Source of the DNA: Rhynchobatus australiae
Taxonomy: Eukaryota
NCBI GenBank assembly: GCA_034780895.1
Contig: JAUZTB010000063.1
Span: 15,283,956-15,347,955 of the forward strand
Direction of reading: 5' to 3'
DNA: 64,000 nucleotides
Position 1 is the first letter of the stretch, and the number at the start of each line of letters is the position of its first letter. Under the pieces are notes generated by a model that was given only the letters and a program-made list of their open reading frames with translations, had not been told where the DNA came from and did not search any database. A program made the position numbers and the translations under genes. This document shows positions 52,140 to 63,856 of this stretch, one piece after another.

Positions 52140-54800
52140 ACACAATAGCCAATGGATGATATGTTAGAAGGATCATCAGTTGAGCTATATGGTTGAAGTA
52201 AAGGACAAAAGGGGGCACTGGCATTGTTGGAAGTGTACTATCAACCTCCAAACATCAGAGCAAATTGTAAGGAAAGTTGTGACATCCAAAAGTGCTTGAG
52301 CATTTTAAATTGAGAAATTTCAGATACTCTCATATTGACTGGAATAAAATCAGTATCAAAGGTATAGAGGGCACAATATTCCTCAGGTGCACTTAGGAGA
52401 ACTTTCTGAGTAGGCATGTCACAGTCCAACAAGAGTGGGCAGGCAATTTGGAATTTTAAGTTTCAGGGAATAAAGTAGGGCACGTGGAAGGAGTATCAGT
52501 AGGAGAACAGTTTTATGGTAGTGATAATAATTCAGTTATAGAAGTGTTACAGAAAATGACAAATATGAAATAGAATTAAAGGTTATAAATTGGGATAAGG
52601 CCAATTTTACAGGACTGAGAGGTAATTTGGCAAAAGTGCACTGGAAATAGATTGTTCTTGGAATATTGATAAACATTTAAAATTGAGGTTCAAGTCTGCC
52701 ATGAAGAAAAAGGGTGAAACTGCTGAATCTCAAGCCTGACATTAGCATATTTTTTTGCCTTATCCTATCCACTATGACAAGGTTCATAGAGGGTAGCATA
52801 ATGCAAAAGAAACGCTAATGTCAGACACCGAGGGCTTGGCATACCAGAAAGCATGGAAGAATATAAAAAGTGTAGCAGTGAAATTGGGAAAATATAGAGG
52901 GTATGAAAAATTATTGGCAATTAAAGTCAAAGAAAATCCACTGATGTTTACAGTATGTGTATAAAGAGCAAGAAAATAACTTGGGAAAGAGTGTGGCTTT
53001 ATCAGAAACCAAAAAGGTAACCTTTGTGTCAGAACAGAGCATGGGGGCAAGGTTGTTAACAAGTACTTCACAACCATATTCACAAGAGAGGAAAATGATG
53101 CTGAAGTTGCAGTTATTGTGAAATATCAGATGGGATAAATATAGTAAAAGAGGAATAATTAAAGAGTTTATTATCCTTGGAAAAACAATAAATCTGCGGG
53201 CCTGTATGAAATACATCCCAGGCTGCCAGAGTGGTGCTAGGTGATTGGAGGACTGCTAATGTTGCACCATGTTTAAAAAAGGAAGGGATAAAACCAAGTA
53301 TCAGCAAGGCAGTTAGTTTAACTGGAATCTATTCAATAGCCTATTGCAAGGGACATTTTAAACGTCCATTTAGAAAGATACAGATTGTTCAGGGACAGGC
53401 AGCGTGGATTTGTTAAGAGAAGATTGTTCGCTACTAATGATTGAAATTTTTGAGGGTTGTTGAAGGTCGATGAATGTTTTGTATATTCTGCATGGATTTT
53501 AGCGAGGCTTTATACAAGATCCCACATGGCAGGCTGGTCAACAAAAGTGACAAACCATTGGATCCAAGGATAGTTGAATCCAAAATTGGTCAATGACAGA
53601 AGAGAAGGAGTAATGATTGATGGTTTTTTTGTGATTTGATGGTAGTTATGAGTAGTGTTCTGTGGGGCTTAATAATCCCTTAATTGATGTGATATATATT
53701 AATGACTTAAGAGTTTCATTAAGAAGTCTGTGGTGATACAAAATCTTCATCTGATTTTGACAGTAAAGGGAAAAACTTGAGTCTGCAGGAAAACAGAGAT
53801 GATCTGGTTGGTTAGACAAAAAAAAAAATAGCAAATAAAAATTCATCCCAAGATGTGTGAGGTGATATGTTTGGGGGTGTGCAGCAAGGTAATACGATGA
53901 ATGGGAAGATATTGAGTAAAGTAGAAAAACAAAGGGATCTCTGAGGTTTGTCTACAGATCCTTAATGTAGCAAGAACAGGTCAATAAGGAGGTTAAAAAG
54001 GCACACAGGAGTAGGGCAGCACAACTAGAAGAGCTGTTGCCTCGCAGCACCAGACACCTGGGTTCAATCCTGACCTTGGATACTCCAGGTGCTCTGGTTT
54101 CCTCCCACGTCCCAAAGTGTAGGTTTGGTACATTAATTGGCTATTGTAAATTGCCCTCCACTGCATAGATGAGTGGAAAACTCTGGTGGAGAGTTGATGA
54201 GAATGTGGGGAGAATTAAAAATGGGCTTAATGTAGGATTAGTTCAATGGGTGGTTGATGATTGGTACAGACTCAGTGGGCTGAAGGGACTGCTTCCATTC
54301 TGTATGTCTCTATGACTCTATTGCATACATTTCTGGTCATCACTTTACAGGAAAGATGGAGAACGCACAGAGATTTACAAAGATATTTTCTCGACAGGAA
54401 GATCCAAGCTATGAGGAGAGGTTAGATTAGTGTCCTTTGGAATTGAGGATGCTGAGTGGGATGATGGGACAGGAGAGGGTGGAACTTAACTGAGGTGTAT
54501 AGAGTTATGAGAGGCCTTGATGGATTAAATAGGAAAGAGGGGACAAAAACCAGAGAAAGCAGATTTAATGTTGCTGGTAGTAAGATTAACAGGAAGATGG
54601 GGAAACATTTTTTCACACAGCAGGCCTAATGGATGTGGAACTTCTGCCTGAAAGGTTTGTTAGTTGAAATGTGTATGAATAGCAGAGACCTGCAGGGCCA
54701 CAGACTTGATGCTGGAAAGTGGAATTGGTTGTGTTGCTCTTTAATCGGGCACAGACATGATTGTCCAGAAGACCTCCTGTGCAATAAATTTTCTGTAATT
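52140..54800 (+). mobile_element. Decayed CR1 ORF2 hosting a SINE
   Basis: LLEVYYQPPN, KVKENP, GDWRTANVAPCLKK, MDFSEALYKIPHGRL, IYINDL, and a 3' tail near 54780. Confidence 0.85.
54014..54322 (+). mobile_element. HE1-like V-SINE (internally deleted) with CR1-type tail
   Basis: gggttcaatcctgacc...tccaggtgctctggtttcctcccacgtcccaaag...actcagtgggctgaagggactg...tctctatgactcta. Confidence 0.85.
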
Positions 54801-55224
54801 CTTGGACTGAGTGTCTGAGCTGAGCTGTTATATGGCATAACAATGATGTAGCTGCTTCCAAATTCATTTTCTTCTCTCAGTAATTTTTTCAACTGGCTTT
54901 TTATTTCATTCCAGCCTTTTTGAAGCTGTTGGCTCTTTGGTTTGAGTATGAATTCATACCAGTTCTGCAGTGCCTCATCTTAATAACTACTCTTCGTGCA
55001 TCAGCCTTGATCGTACGTTTGTGTGGGCAGGCTGTTTGACCACTTAAATAAATGAAAACCTGGCATTTTTGTAACTCTTCTCATGACTTCAGAATGTGCC
55101 ATAGCACATTATAGCCGACTTTTTTTTTGTAGTGGAGGGCAGTGGGAGCCAAGCTCCGCACAGTATGATCCCCTGAACAAAAATGTGATAATGGTCGTTT
55201 AATTGTTTTTAGGATTTTGGAGGG

Positions 55225-55400
55225 ATGGATATTGGCATGGGATCTTTTACGTGCACCCCAGAGAGAGCAGGTGGTTACTGTCACATTGACAGATAGTCCT
55301 GTGTTCAGTTTTCTTCTGAAATGTCCAGTTTTGTGCTTAGGTTTCTAAAGGTGAGAGGATTACCAGTGATCCATAGATGACACCTAGACATCTTGGCCTA
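55225..55400 (-). mobile_element. DeuSINE-like Deu-domain remnant
   Basis: ggcatgggatcttttacgtgcacccca-gagagagcagg matches the reverse-complement Deu core. Confidence 0.5.
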
Positions 55401-55694
55401 ACTGAGACCCATAACCAAATACACAGAGTTAAAGACCTCAAATCTCATCAGAAGTAGTGAAATTGAAGGCCATAGATATGATCATTTATGGGTTGGCATA
55501 AGAGGAAAAGTAATCACAACTTCTGGAGAATTGCTATAAAATTCAACTGCTTCATAAATATACTTTAAGGAGGCTGACCTGCTTTTGCTTTCTGTCAAAT
55601 GAGCTTGCATTTATATCAGCTTTTAACTGTCCTCTGAAATGAGCTAGCAAGCCACTCAGTTGAAAAACAATCACCAAGAAAAAACCCAGACACT

Positions 55695-55905
55695 AATACT
55701 ACAAATGTTGGAATCCTGAAAGAAAATACTGGAAATACCTGCTGGTCAAGCAGCTTCAGTGGGAAAAGGAACAGAGTTAACATTTCAGATCAATGACCGT
55801 ATCAGCTTCTGATGAAAGGTCATTGGCCAGAGAGGTCGATGGTTTTTCTGTCCATGGATGCTGTCCAATCTGTTGAATATTTCCATAATTTTCTGTTTTC
55901 TTTCC
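55695..55905. mobile_element. Palindromic Penelope-derived repeat (clearest hairpin)
   Basis: agaaaatactggaaatacctgctggtcaagcagc...aatgacc-atcag / ctgatgaaaggtcatt...gctgtccaatctgttgaatatttccataattttct. Confidence 0.7.
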
Positions 55906-56219
55906 ACCCAAGAAGGATTCCACCACCATGACCAATACATTACCTTGACAGTATCACTGGTATCTGAACAATTCATTTTATTCAAATTTCATTCATAACA
56001 TTCAAATTAAGGCTACTTCTGGTGCAGTTGATGTTTGTTCCAACCCAAAATGATCGTGGGCCATTTTGGTGACCATCCACTGTGCCTGAGAAGAGTTGAT
56101 ATGATGGATTATGCACACTCATTATTACACCAGGTTGTACTCTTACTACTTGGAGCAGCTGATATATATTTTTCTGTACTAAGCATCCTGAGTAAAGAGA
56201 TGAATGATCAGCTCATGTG

Positions 56220-56470
56220 TTTTTAGAGTTGCTGGTTGAAGTATAAGTATTGATGAGGAGAATTCTTCTTTAAGTAGTGCCTTCAAACCTTGTATGTCTG
56301 CCTGGACAGGTAAATGAGACCTTGATTCAAAAAACCGCCAGTGAATCAGAAACCCTGTGGTCTTCCATTAAACTGTCAAGCTAAATTGTGCATGCTTGTC
56401 TTGCAATATGGATTGTACTATGATTTTCTGGTCCAATGTTGAGAGCTACAACAGACCCATGTGGCAATTA
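56220..56470 (-). mobile_element. Old DeuSINE-like remnant
   Basis: Weak collinear similarity to 24370-24640. Confidence 0.4.
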
Positions 56471-57498
56471 ATGATAGTTCTGGTCACATGACTTATTGAA
56501 CTGTTTTACAGGTTTATATACTTTAAATGGTACAGTAAAAATTTTTTAAAATGAAATTCATAACAGTGTAATCTGTAGAGAGAAAAATGGATTCGGATCA
56601 ATGGCTTTGCATCAGAACTGGAAACAATTAATGACATATTCTATCATATGCCAACATGCTTTTCTGCATTTGTGCAAAAGAATTTTGTTTAAAAACCCAA
56701 CTGCATGATTGTGTATTTCATGTGTGCACAGTACACTTCTAGTTATTTGATCCTCTCTTGTATGACTTTTACATGGACACATGCCACCAAAATGTGGCGT
56801 ACACCACTTCATTGATACTTGCTTGAAATTCTACTGCTTCTAGAACATCCACAAACAGTGCAGGTCTCAAACACTAACCAGACTATTGAGGACTGCTTTG
56901 GCATTAGTGAATCCAAAGCATCTTCCTTCCTTTCAGTAGATTCCTTCTTCATTTGTTGTAGCCATATTACCCTCTCTTGCTGCTGATGTCTTCGGCCACA
57001 GCACGCCCTCCTCCCCAAACTATCTGCCAGTCAGGACCTCTCCTTACCGAGTCCTGATCATCTGGCCAAACCCATTCCCTATCATCTTTTTCTCTAGTTT
57101 ACTCTTGAACACTCTTCCTGCCCTTCACTCTCTACAGTGGCAGGAGATTCAGAATATCCACCCTCACATGGTGGGAAGTCATGGATGAACAGCCTTTGTG
57201 GGATTTGTATGGGTAAGACCTACTCTATCTCATGAGTTCCATTGGGGCTCTGTTAGTAGTAGAATATGCAGAACCTCCTCTTCAGTAAATGTTTACCTGT
57301 GTTAAAGTATGTCAAGACAAACAGCTTTCAAGATGTAGAAAAAGTTGAATCTAGAGTAGGAACAAAAAGGGCCATGGATGTGTAGAATGCAAGAGATTAA
57401 ATTACAGAAGAAAAAAAGTGGTGGTTAATGTTAACGGGACAATAATAATTTCATCATCCAGAGATCCAGATAGATTTTGCCAGGCAAGGCAGCAATTA

Positions 57499-57985
57499 AA
57501 ACAGAATGCTGAAGAACTAATTGGGTAAGGCAGCATCTATGGAGGCAGGTGGTGTAAGTCAATGAAGAACTCCATGAAGCAGTCACTCAGTCAGTTAACA
57601 TGCGGCCCCAAGCTTCTGATAACTTATCACTTTCTGTCCTTGACTTCTGAACGTTCCAATTAAACTAGTTTGAGCTTGAGGAATAGAATCTCCTCTTTAA
57701 ACTGGGAACTCTACATTCTTCTGAACTTGTCCAACGGCTTCAGACAATAATTCTATTCCCCCATTTACTGCTCTTCCAAAACTATTCTTGGTTTCTGTTC
57801 CATGTTGCCTTGCACCATCACCCTTCTGTCAATTAATCTCTTTTACCTTCCACCCTATTTATCCCGAATCTCCTCTCCTCCACCTCTGTCGACATTTTAA
57901 AAATTCCTCTGTCCAAAGATGCTGCCTGAATATTTCAGGTATTTTTGTTTGGTTTCCACCATCTGCAGAATTTTGCTCTTGTTTT
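57499..57985 (+). mobile_element. Penelope-like remnant: palindrome arms flanking a decayed GIY-YIG-region C-terminus
   Basis: About 57672-57728 reads ELEE*NLLFKLGTLHSSEL, resembling the recalled Penelope ORF end KLEEQHLIFRLGTLQPSGLN. It is flanked by the same arms as the palindromic repeats. Confidence 0.6.
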
Positions 57986-58020
57986 ATAATTTAACTTAAT
58001 ACTGTTTCTCTCCTCCACAG

Positions 58021-58065
58021 GTTACAGAATACCTGAATGCCCAAGAAGCTGCCAAATCTGCCAGG
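58021..58065 (+). CDS. SND1: SND1 penultimate coding exon (about exon 23)
   Basis: tttctctcctccacag|GTT...AGG|gtaagt, 45 nt. Translates VTEYLNAQEAAKSAR (recalled human ITEYLNAQESAKSAR). Confidence 0.97.
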
Positions 58066-58197
58066 GTAAGTGCGGTATGGAGTTAAAATGAATAACTCGT
58101 ACCCTACCTCCACCCCTCCCACACTCCATCCATTCAGTGCTTCAACGTTACCATATTTGCTCTGGACAGATTTTCAGGCCTATATTTATTCTACCTT

Positions 58198-58570
58198 CAA
58201 AACATAGAAGTTAAAGGCAAAGATGGAGACCATTTAGCCCATCATGTTCATGCTGGCTAAAAATGGACTTCAGTTTAATCCCACACCCAGAACTTGGTCT
58301 GAGGTCCTACAGGTTATGGCTTTGGGAGCACACAAAGATGCATTTTAAATCTGATGAGGGTTTCTGCCAGCACCATGCATTCAGACTGAGAGTTCCATAC
58401 TCTCATCATTCTTAACTCCCCTCCAATACTTCAACTAATTAACTTAAATCCATGTTCCCTCATTACTACCTCTCTTTTGGTGGAAATAGGTCATTTCTGT
58501 TTACCACATCTAGCCAAAACAACATGAACCAGATATATCCCTGCTTCAGCTTTTCTGAAACCAAAGGTAA
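58198..58570 (-). mobile_element. CR1 3' fragment in the last SND1 intron
   Basis: Same family as 5975-6400 (gaccatttagcccatc...ttttaaatctgatgagggtttctgcc...gagttccatactctcatca). Confidence 0.75.
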
Positions 58571-59010
58571 GACAAATACAGACAGGTACCTGTAAGAAAA
58601 TTGAGTTATTTTCAGCCCCCCCCCCCCATTGNNNNNNNNNNNNNNNNNNNNNNNNNNNNNNNNNNNNNNNNNNNNNNNNNNNNNNNNNNNNNNNNNNNNN
58701 NNNNNNNNNNNNNNNNNNNNNNNNNNNNNNNNNNNNNNNNNNNNNNNNNNNNNNNNNNNNNNNNNNNNNNNNNNNNNNNNNNNNNNNNNNNNNNNNNNNN
58801 NNNNNNNNNNNNNNNNNNNNNNNNNNNNNNNNNNNNNNNNNNNNNNNNNNNNNNNNNNNNNNNNNNNNNNNNNNNNNNNNNNNNNNNNNNNNNNNNNNNN
58901 NNNNNNNNNNNNNNNNNNNNNNNNNNNNNNNNNNNNNNNNNNNNNNNNNNNNNNNNNNNNNNNNNNNNNNNNNNNNNNNNNNNNNNNNNNNNNNNNNNNN
59001 NNNNNNNNNN

Positions 59011-59070
59011 CCCCCCCTCCCCTTCCCTGTTTCTCTCCCTCCCTCCCCTTCCCTTTTTCCTTCCCTCCCT
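59011..59070. repeat. C/T-rich low-complexity tract at a gap edge
   Basis: ccccccctccccttccctg...ttccctccct; a poly-C tract also borders the other side of the gap (58616-58627). Confidence 0.85.
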
Positions 59071-59223
59071 GACATGGAAAAACAGACATGATCTGTTTTA
59101 CATGTCTGCCTCTCCTGGTCACTGCCCTTTCTAGCTACAGGCATCATGTCTTAATATTGAACCACTTCCCCTGCTTTGCTTATCTACACTCCTTGCTGCA
59201 CTGATAATCTCTTCTATTTGCAG

Positions 59224-59289
59224 CTGAACCTCTGGCGCTATGGCGACTTTCGAGCTGATGACGCTGATGAATTTGGTTACAGACGCTGA
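59224..59289 (+). CDS. SND1: SND1 terminal coding exon (about exon 24)
   Basis: ttctatttgcag|CTG...TGA. Translates [21 protein letters not shown], the characteristic SND1 C-terminus. Confidence 0.98.
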   Translation: MNLWRYGDFRADDADEFGYRR

Positions 59290-59645
59290 AGTATCTACAT
59301 GTGAAGACGACAACATACTGATGTCCCCTCTGCCCTTTCTCTCTCTTACTGTGTCCCAACCCCCAATCAATCCGTTGAAAGAGAGACTTGCTACTTTCTG
59401 TTTCCTCCTCTCAGGCATTCAGAGTCTCATTGCACTTGTCCTCTATATCTTCAAATGAACAGTTGGCAGTGTTAGGGGCTGAGATACTAATCATGATTGG
59501 ATGATGATCTTAGTCTGTGAAATGAACTGGAAACTAATTCCCTGCTTTGACCTGAAATTCACTTTTTCTCCTTTAAATTCCTTCTGAATTGCAGAATAAA
59601 TCAACACCCTTCATTTGGTGATTTCTTTTTATTCCTTTTTTTTTG
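59290..59645 (+). promoter_or_regulatory. Probable SND1 3' UTR with polyadenylation signal
   Basis: AATAAA at 59595-59600, followed by a T-rich downstream tract (about 59620-59644). The real 3' end needs transcript data. Confidence 0.6.
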
Positions 59646-60679
59646 AAAAGTCTAAACTTTGATAAAACATTGGAAGCTAAGTCAATCTCAAATGAAATCC
59701 AGTTACACAATAAGGTTGCTGACAACTGTTATACCTGACAGCCCAATGTTTGGCAGGTAATTAAAGCAAGCCCTGTTCAAGGAAAAACTCATGCAGATGT
59801 TTCAGGTCAGGACAGATGGAGTCTTAAAGGGGAATTGCCCGTGAAACTTGTCATGTTTCTAATTTTGCAAACCCTATATACTGCATTGTGTATTTGATGT
59901 TTTTTTTTAATTTTATCTGTTATGTTTTAACAAAGGGGAATTATTTTCTTTCTGTAACTTTATGTTGAGCCTGTTTCTAATAGCAGGTTTAAGATTTTGT
60001 TGCATATGGAGCTCCCCTCATCCCATCCCAAAAATATATTAGCCTTGCACAGAATGGGAAGTGGAGGCACCTGAGTTAATCTTATTCATGTCTTAAAAAT
60101 ATTAGCCAAACTGCTAAGTGTTAGAATCCTGTGTCTGCTCAAGCTTGGACCATATATAAATATGATACGTGGTGCCGACAGAGTCCTTTCTAAGGTACTT
60201 GCCCTGTCTGCTTAGCAATCAGTTGCTTGTCTTGAACAGAACATGTGGGTACAAATAGCTGATGCAGTGTAATGTACATTCGGAAGCTGTGTTCCTCTCT
60301 CTCTTTCTCTTTGANNNNNNNNNNNNNNNNNNNNNNNNNNNNNNNNNNNNNNNNNNNNNNNNNNNNNNNNNNNNNNNNNNNNNNNNNNNNNNNNNNNNNN
60401 NNNNNNNNNNNNNNTGGATTCACTGTGCATCAGGAAAATGACAAAGCAGCAGTGGAAAACACAACTATTGAACCAGATGTTCTTCCTGATTCAATTTAAT
60501 GATATAATCTAACTTTTAACCATTCACAATTGTAGTATAAAAATACATTACATTGCATGCCATCTGCTCGGTTGTACTCTTGAATTCCATCACTCCCCTT
60601 CAAAGTCCAGATTTCCACACAACTTGGTGTCATCTGGAAATAGACATTTTACTTTNNNNNNNNNNAAATATTTCTAAAC

Positions 60680-61250
60680 CAATGAAGTTAACTAAAGCAC
60701 ATCAAGATCATTTATAAATATTATGAGTTGCAGAGGGTCCAGTAGGAACCTTCAAATAATTCTTTAGTCACAGCTGCTCTTTGGAACTTACTGTTATTGA
60801 TCACTACCCTTTGTTCTGCATTATTTAGCCAATCTATTATCCAATTTACTACTTCCTCCTTTGTCCCTTGAGCTTTGACTCCATTAGACATGAGGCTCTT
60901 GTCTTGCACCATACCAAATATCTCATATGAAAACTAACCACAACTATCACTGGCAAATTGTGTTATAGCCCTAAAGATATAGAGCAAGTTTGTTTAAAAT
61001 AGACTCTGTGCATCAAGCTAACAGGCATATAATTCTTAGTATTATTATTTTTTCTAGAAAGTTAGATCTGCAAATCTTTTTCTAATCTTGTTAGTGCTGT
61101 ATTGAATAGACTGTAAATGCAGGAAGACATAGCTCCCTTTTCCTAAGGATTTTTGGATATGTTCCAAATGATCCTGGTGCCTTTTGAAGATGAGAGCACC
61201 AGTTTTTCAAATTGTTAATCCATTTCTTCATGATTTCAAATGCATGTATT
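60680..61250 (-). mobile_element. Old CR1 RT remnant
   Basis: Minus strand VVNWIIDWLNNAEQRVVINN...GSYWTL. Confidence 0.6.
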
Positions 61251-62079
61251 ACCAGAAGTAATGTAATGTGATATTCAAGTGTGAGACCAATTAATAAACA
61301 AATATGCAGTGTTTTGATTTTTATTTTGCTTGTGACTTGATTGCAAGTAATTATCATTTGTAAGTCTAACTCGGTTTATGATTTCTCCTTCCTCCCCTGC
61401 TTCTTCCCTTACCTGATGTTGTCTCTTGTCATTATATTTAATGCTTACAGTCTCAATAAAAATAGCATTGGCAACATGGAATATCTTTAGTGTCATGATC
61501 TCTTCACTTATTGTTAGTGCAAAATTGATGTGGCTAAATGCTGAGGATGGCCCAGGCATGGTATCTTGCCCTGCATCTCATTGCCATCAACTGGTCAACA
61601 GAACAGGCTGTCCAACATAAAGTGACCTGAATGTGTGAACAACCTGTTCAGGTCACTCCGTCTTGAGCATACGTCAACCAACTAGAGTGGTTTCACCATG
61701 GCCATCTGAGTGGCTAATCCTGTTCTCAGAATGCATCATGTGAAGAGTCTAAAATCTTGATATATGTGAAGCAACAGGTGCAGAACCTCAACCCTGGTGG
61801 GTGATCACTGGATGGATGCATGTCAGGTTATGAGTCCTTACTTATATCATGCAGATAACATTTAAAAGATTGCTGCACCTAGTGTGTGCAATATGAGAAT
61901 GTATATGTGCTGCTATTAAATCGGGTGGCTGGTAACTATTAGATATGCCTTAGTATTAATGTACAAGTAATCTTACACAATGACATGGCAAACAGACATA
62001 TGGAAATTTTCAGCCTCTCCTTCTCTGGCAGACAAACTTTTAACTGTATGTCCAGTACAGTATTAAGCACAGACCCCAA

Positions 62080-62350
62080 GGCTTGATTTCAATTATTTAT
62101 TCTCATTGAGAGCTAATAGATATGGAACTCATTGATGGCTTGGGTGATCTTGTCCTGACCAATTTCAATAACATTGTCCTGGGACTGAAATAATTCAGTC
62201 AAAAGTGACCTTGATGACAAAGGCAGTCTCACCTCATCTCTTTATCAATGTTTAGTCTAAGGCTATAATGAGTCAAGTGGTCCTCGCTGAGCAAAAACAA
62301 AGCAACAGTGAGCAAATTATTGGTAAGAACCACTTAATACCATTGTTGAC
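62080..62350 (-). mobile_element. CR1/L2-group RT remnant (family of 46430-47410)
   Basis: tcaaaagtgaccttgatgacaaaggcagtctcacctcatctc reads on - as a decayed EVR.TALDIKAAFD region. Confidence 0.5.
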
Positions 62351-63296
62351 AAAAGCAATTGCTGTGATCTGGAATGCACTAGCTGAAAAAGTAGTGGACA
62401 TGATTCAATAACTTTCAAAAGTGAATTGGATACATTAATGAAGGGGTATCAGAGAGCTACCAGTGATTCATTTAACCAAATGATGAGCCCTGAGGTCAGA
62501 CATTAGATGGTGAAATGGTACTTGACTCACTACTTACCAGCAAACAGAAAATGGGCATTGTTTAAACTCAAGATGAAGAATCGTGACACAAAAGCCGTGC
62601 CGGATGAGGGTCTATGAAGCAATGTGTCAAAGGTCACCCCTTCAGAAGAGTACAAAATGACACCAGCTGAGGAAATGGAGACATTTCTGAGGTAGTGCCT
62701 CTGTGAGCCAAGGAAAGCTCACCAGACCCAAAGGTTCAGAACGAGCAAAAAATCTGAGTGATTTATACAAGATAGAGACAAAGTGATTGAAGATGGAGAG
62801 ATCAAGTCTTTGCAAGTTAGTGAATTCTTTTGTTTAACAAACTGTATATCTCTGGAAAGTAATATGCCCCCGGCTAGGAGGGGGAGAACATCCAGTCTCT
62901 GACAATAATGAGAGTTTAAAAGTAACACGGTGACAGAATTGATGCTACAGAGGCTGGAGCAGCTGCAGTGCGGTTCAGCACCAAGTCACATGGCAGTGCA
63001 ATTTGCTGTGATTTGTTTTATTCATACGGCAGAGTAAAGCCCCATTGGCTTTGCTGCTCTTCCTTCTCTCTCTGGGACTCCTGTATATATCAAATAGGGA
63101 AACCAAAAAAATAAAACAGCCAGCTGCACTGAAACATCGTGCAGAACCCAGCACAGGGGAAAAGCACGCAAAGTAGGCTTGTCATTTTGAACTTTATAAG
63201 ATTTTCGAGTAGCTTTCTGAAAAGGAATGCATTAAAGCTTTGCATCTGCTCAAAGTTTCAAAAAAAATCTTGCTTTTTTCTGTTCTTTCTGCACTT

Positions 63297-63418
63297 TCAT
63301 CTCTCCTCCTCCTCTTTCATTCCAGTCTCTTGAGGCTGATGGTTCATGCTGAATTGCAGCTCCACAATCTGGATGCTTGCACAGCTGAGAGCATAGGCAG
63401 CGTTCATGTAATATTTGC
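63297..63418 (-). other. Candidate terminal exon of an unidentified convergent transcript
   Basis: Minus strand: branch-like ctgac, tgtttccccacag| acceptor, phase-1 frame (G)KYYMNAAYALSCASIQIVELQFSMNHQPQETGMKEEEER*, and AATAAA at 63022-63017. No homologue recognised. Confidence 0.3.
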
Positions 63419-63856
63419 CTGTGGGGAAACATCATGGTCAGTCTTTATTTTGGCCTCAAACAACATCCATCCACCTACATACATGCATGTCTCTAGTGTA
63501 GATAATTAAGTGAAGATCAGGAGCAGGAATGATGCCTGTTATTTCGTTTTACTGAGGTTGATTAAGGTTGCTCTGCTGAGATCAGTACAGAGCAAGTTTC
63601 AAACATTGGACCTTACCTGCTTCGAAGGGGTAAGCACTACTTGACATGAAGCAATTACCAGCAGGGCCACTGGGTCTCCATTGTGCAATAGCATGTTAAC
63701 AGGAACTGTGTGTCATTGCAGTGTTCTGTAAAGTTTTGTGTGTGGATCGCACCCTGCAAATATTGGCGTACACTGAGAAGTGATCCCTAGCAAATAAGAG
63801 CATGTTCCCAGAGCAAATCCCTACAAAAACAGTCACACTCCCAGTTTTCTTGTTTA

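Noticed and set aside
59131-59458. ORFs of 95 aa (-) and 72 aa (+) overlapping the last SND1 exon
   Set aside because: These are shadow frames of the true exon and UTR, with no recognisable protein features.
61621-61657. 11-bp stem AGTGACCTGAA/TTCAGGTCACT
   Set aside because: Short isolated hairpin with no supporting context; could be chance or a repeat remnant.
62974-62995. REST/RE1 site (TTCAGCACC)
   Set aside because: Only the left half-site is present; the GGACAG half is absent.
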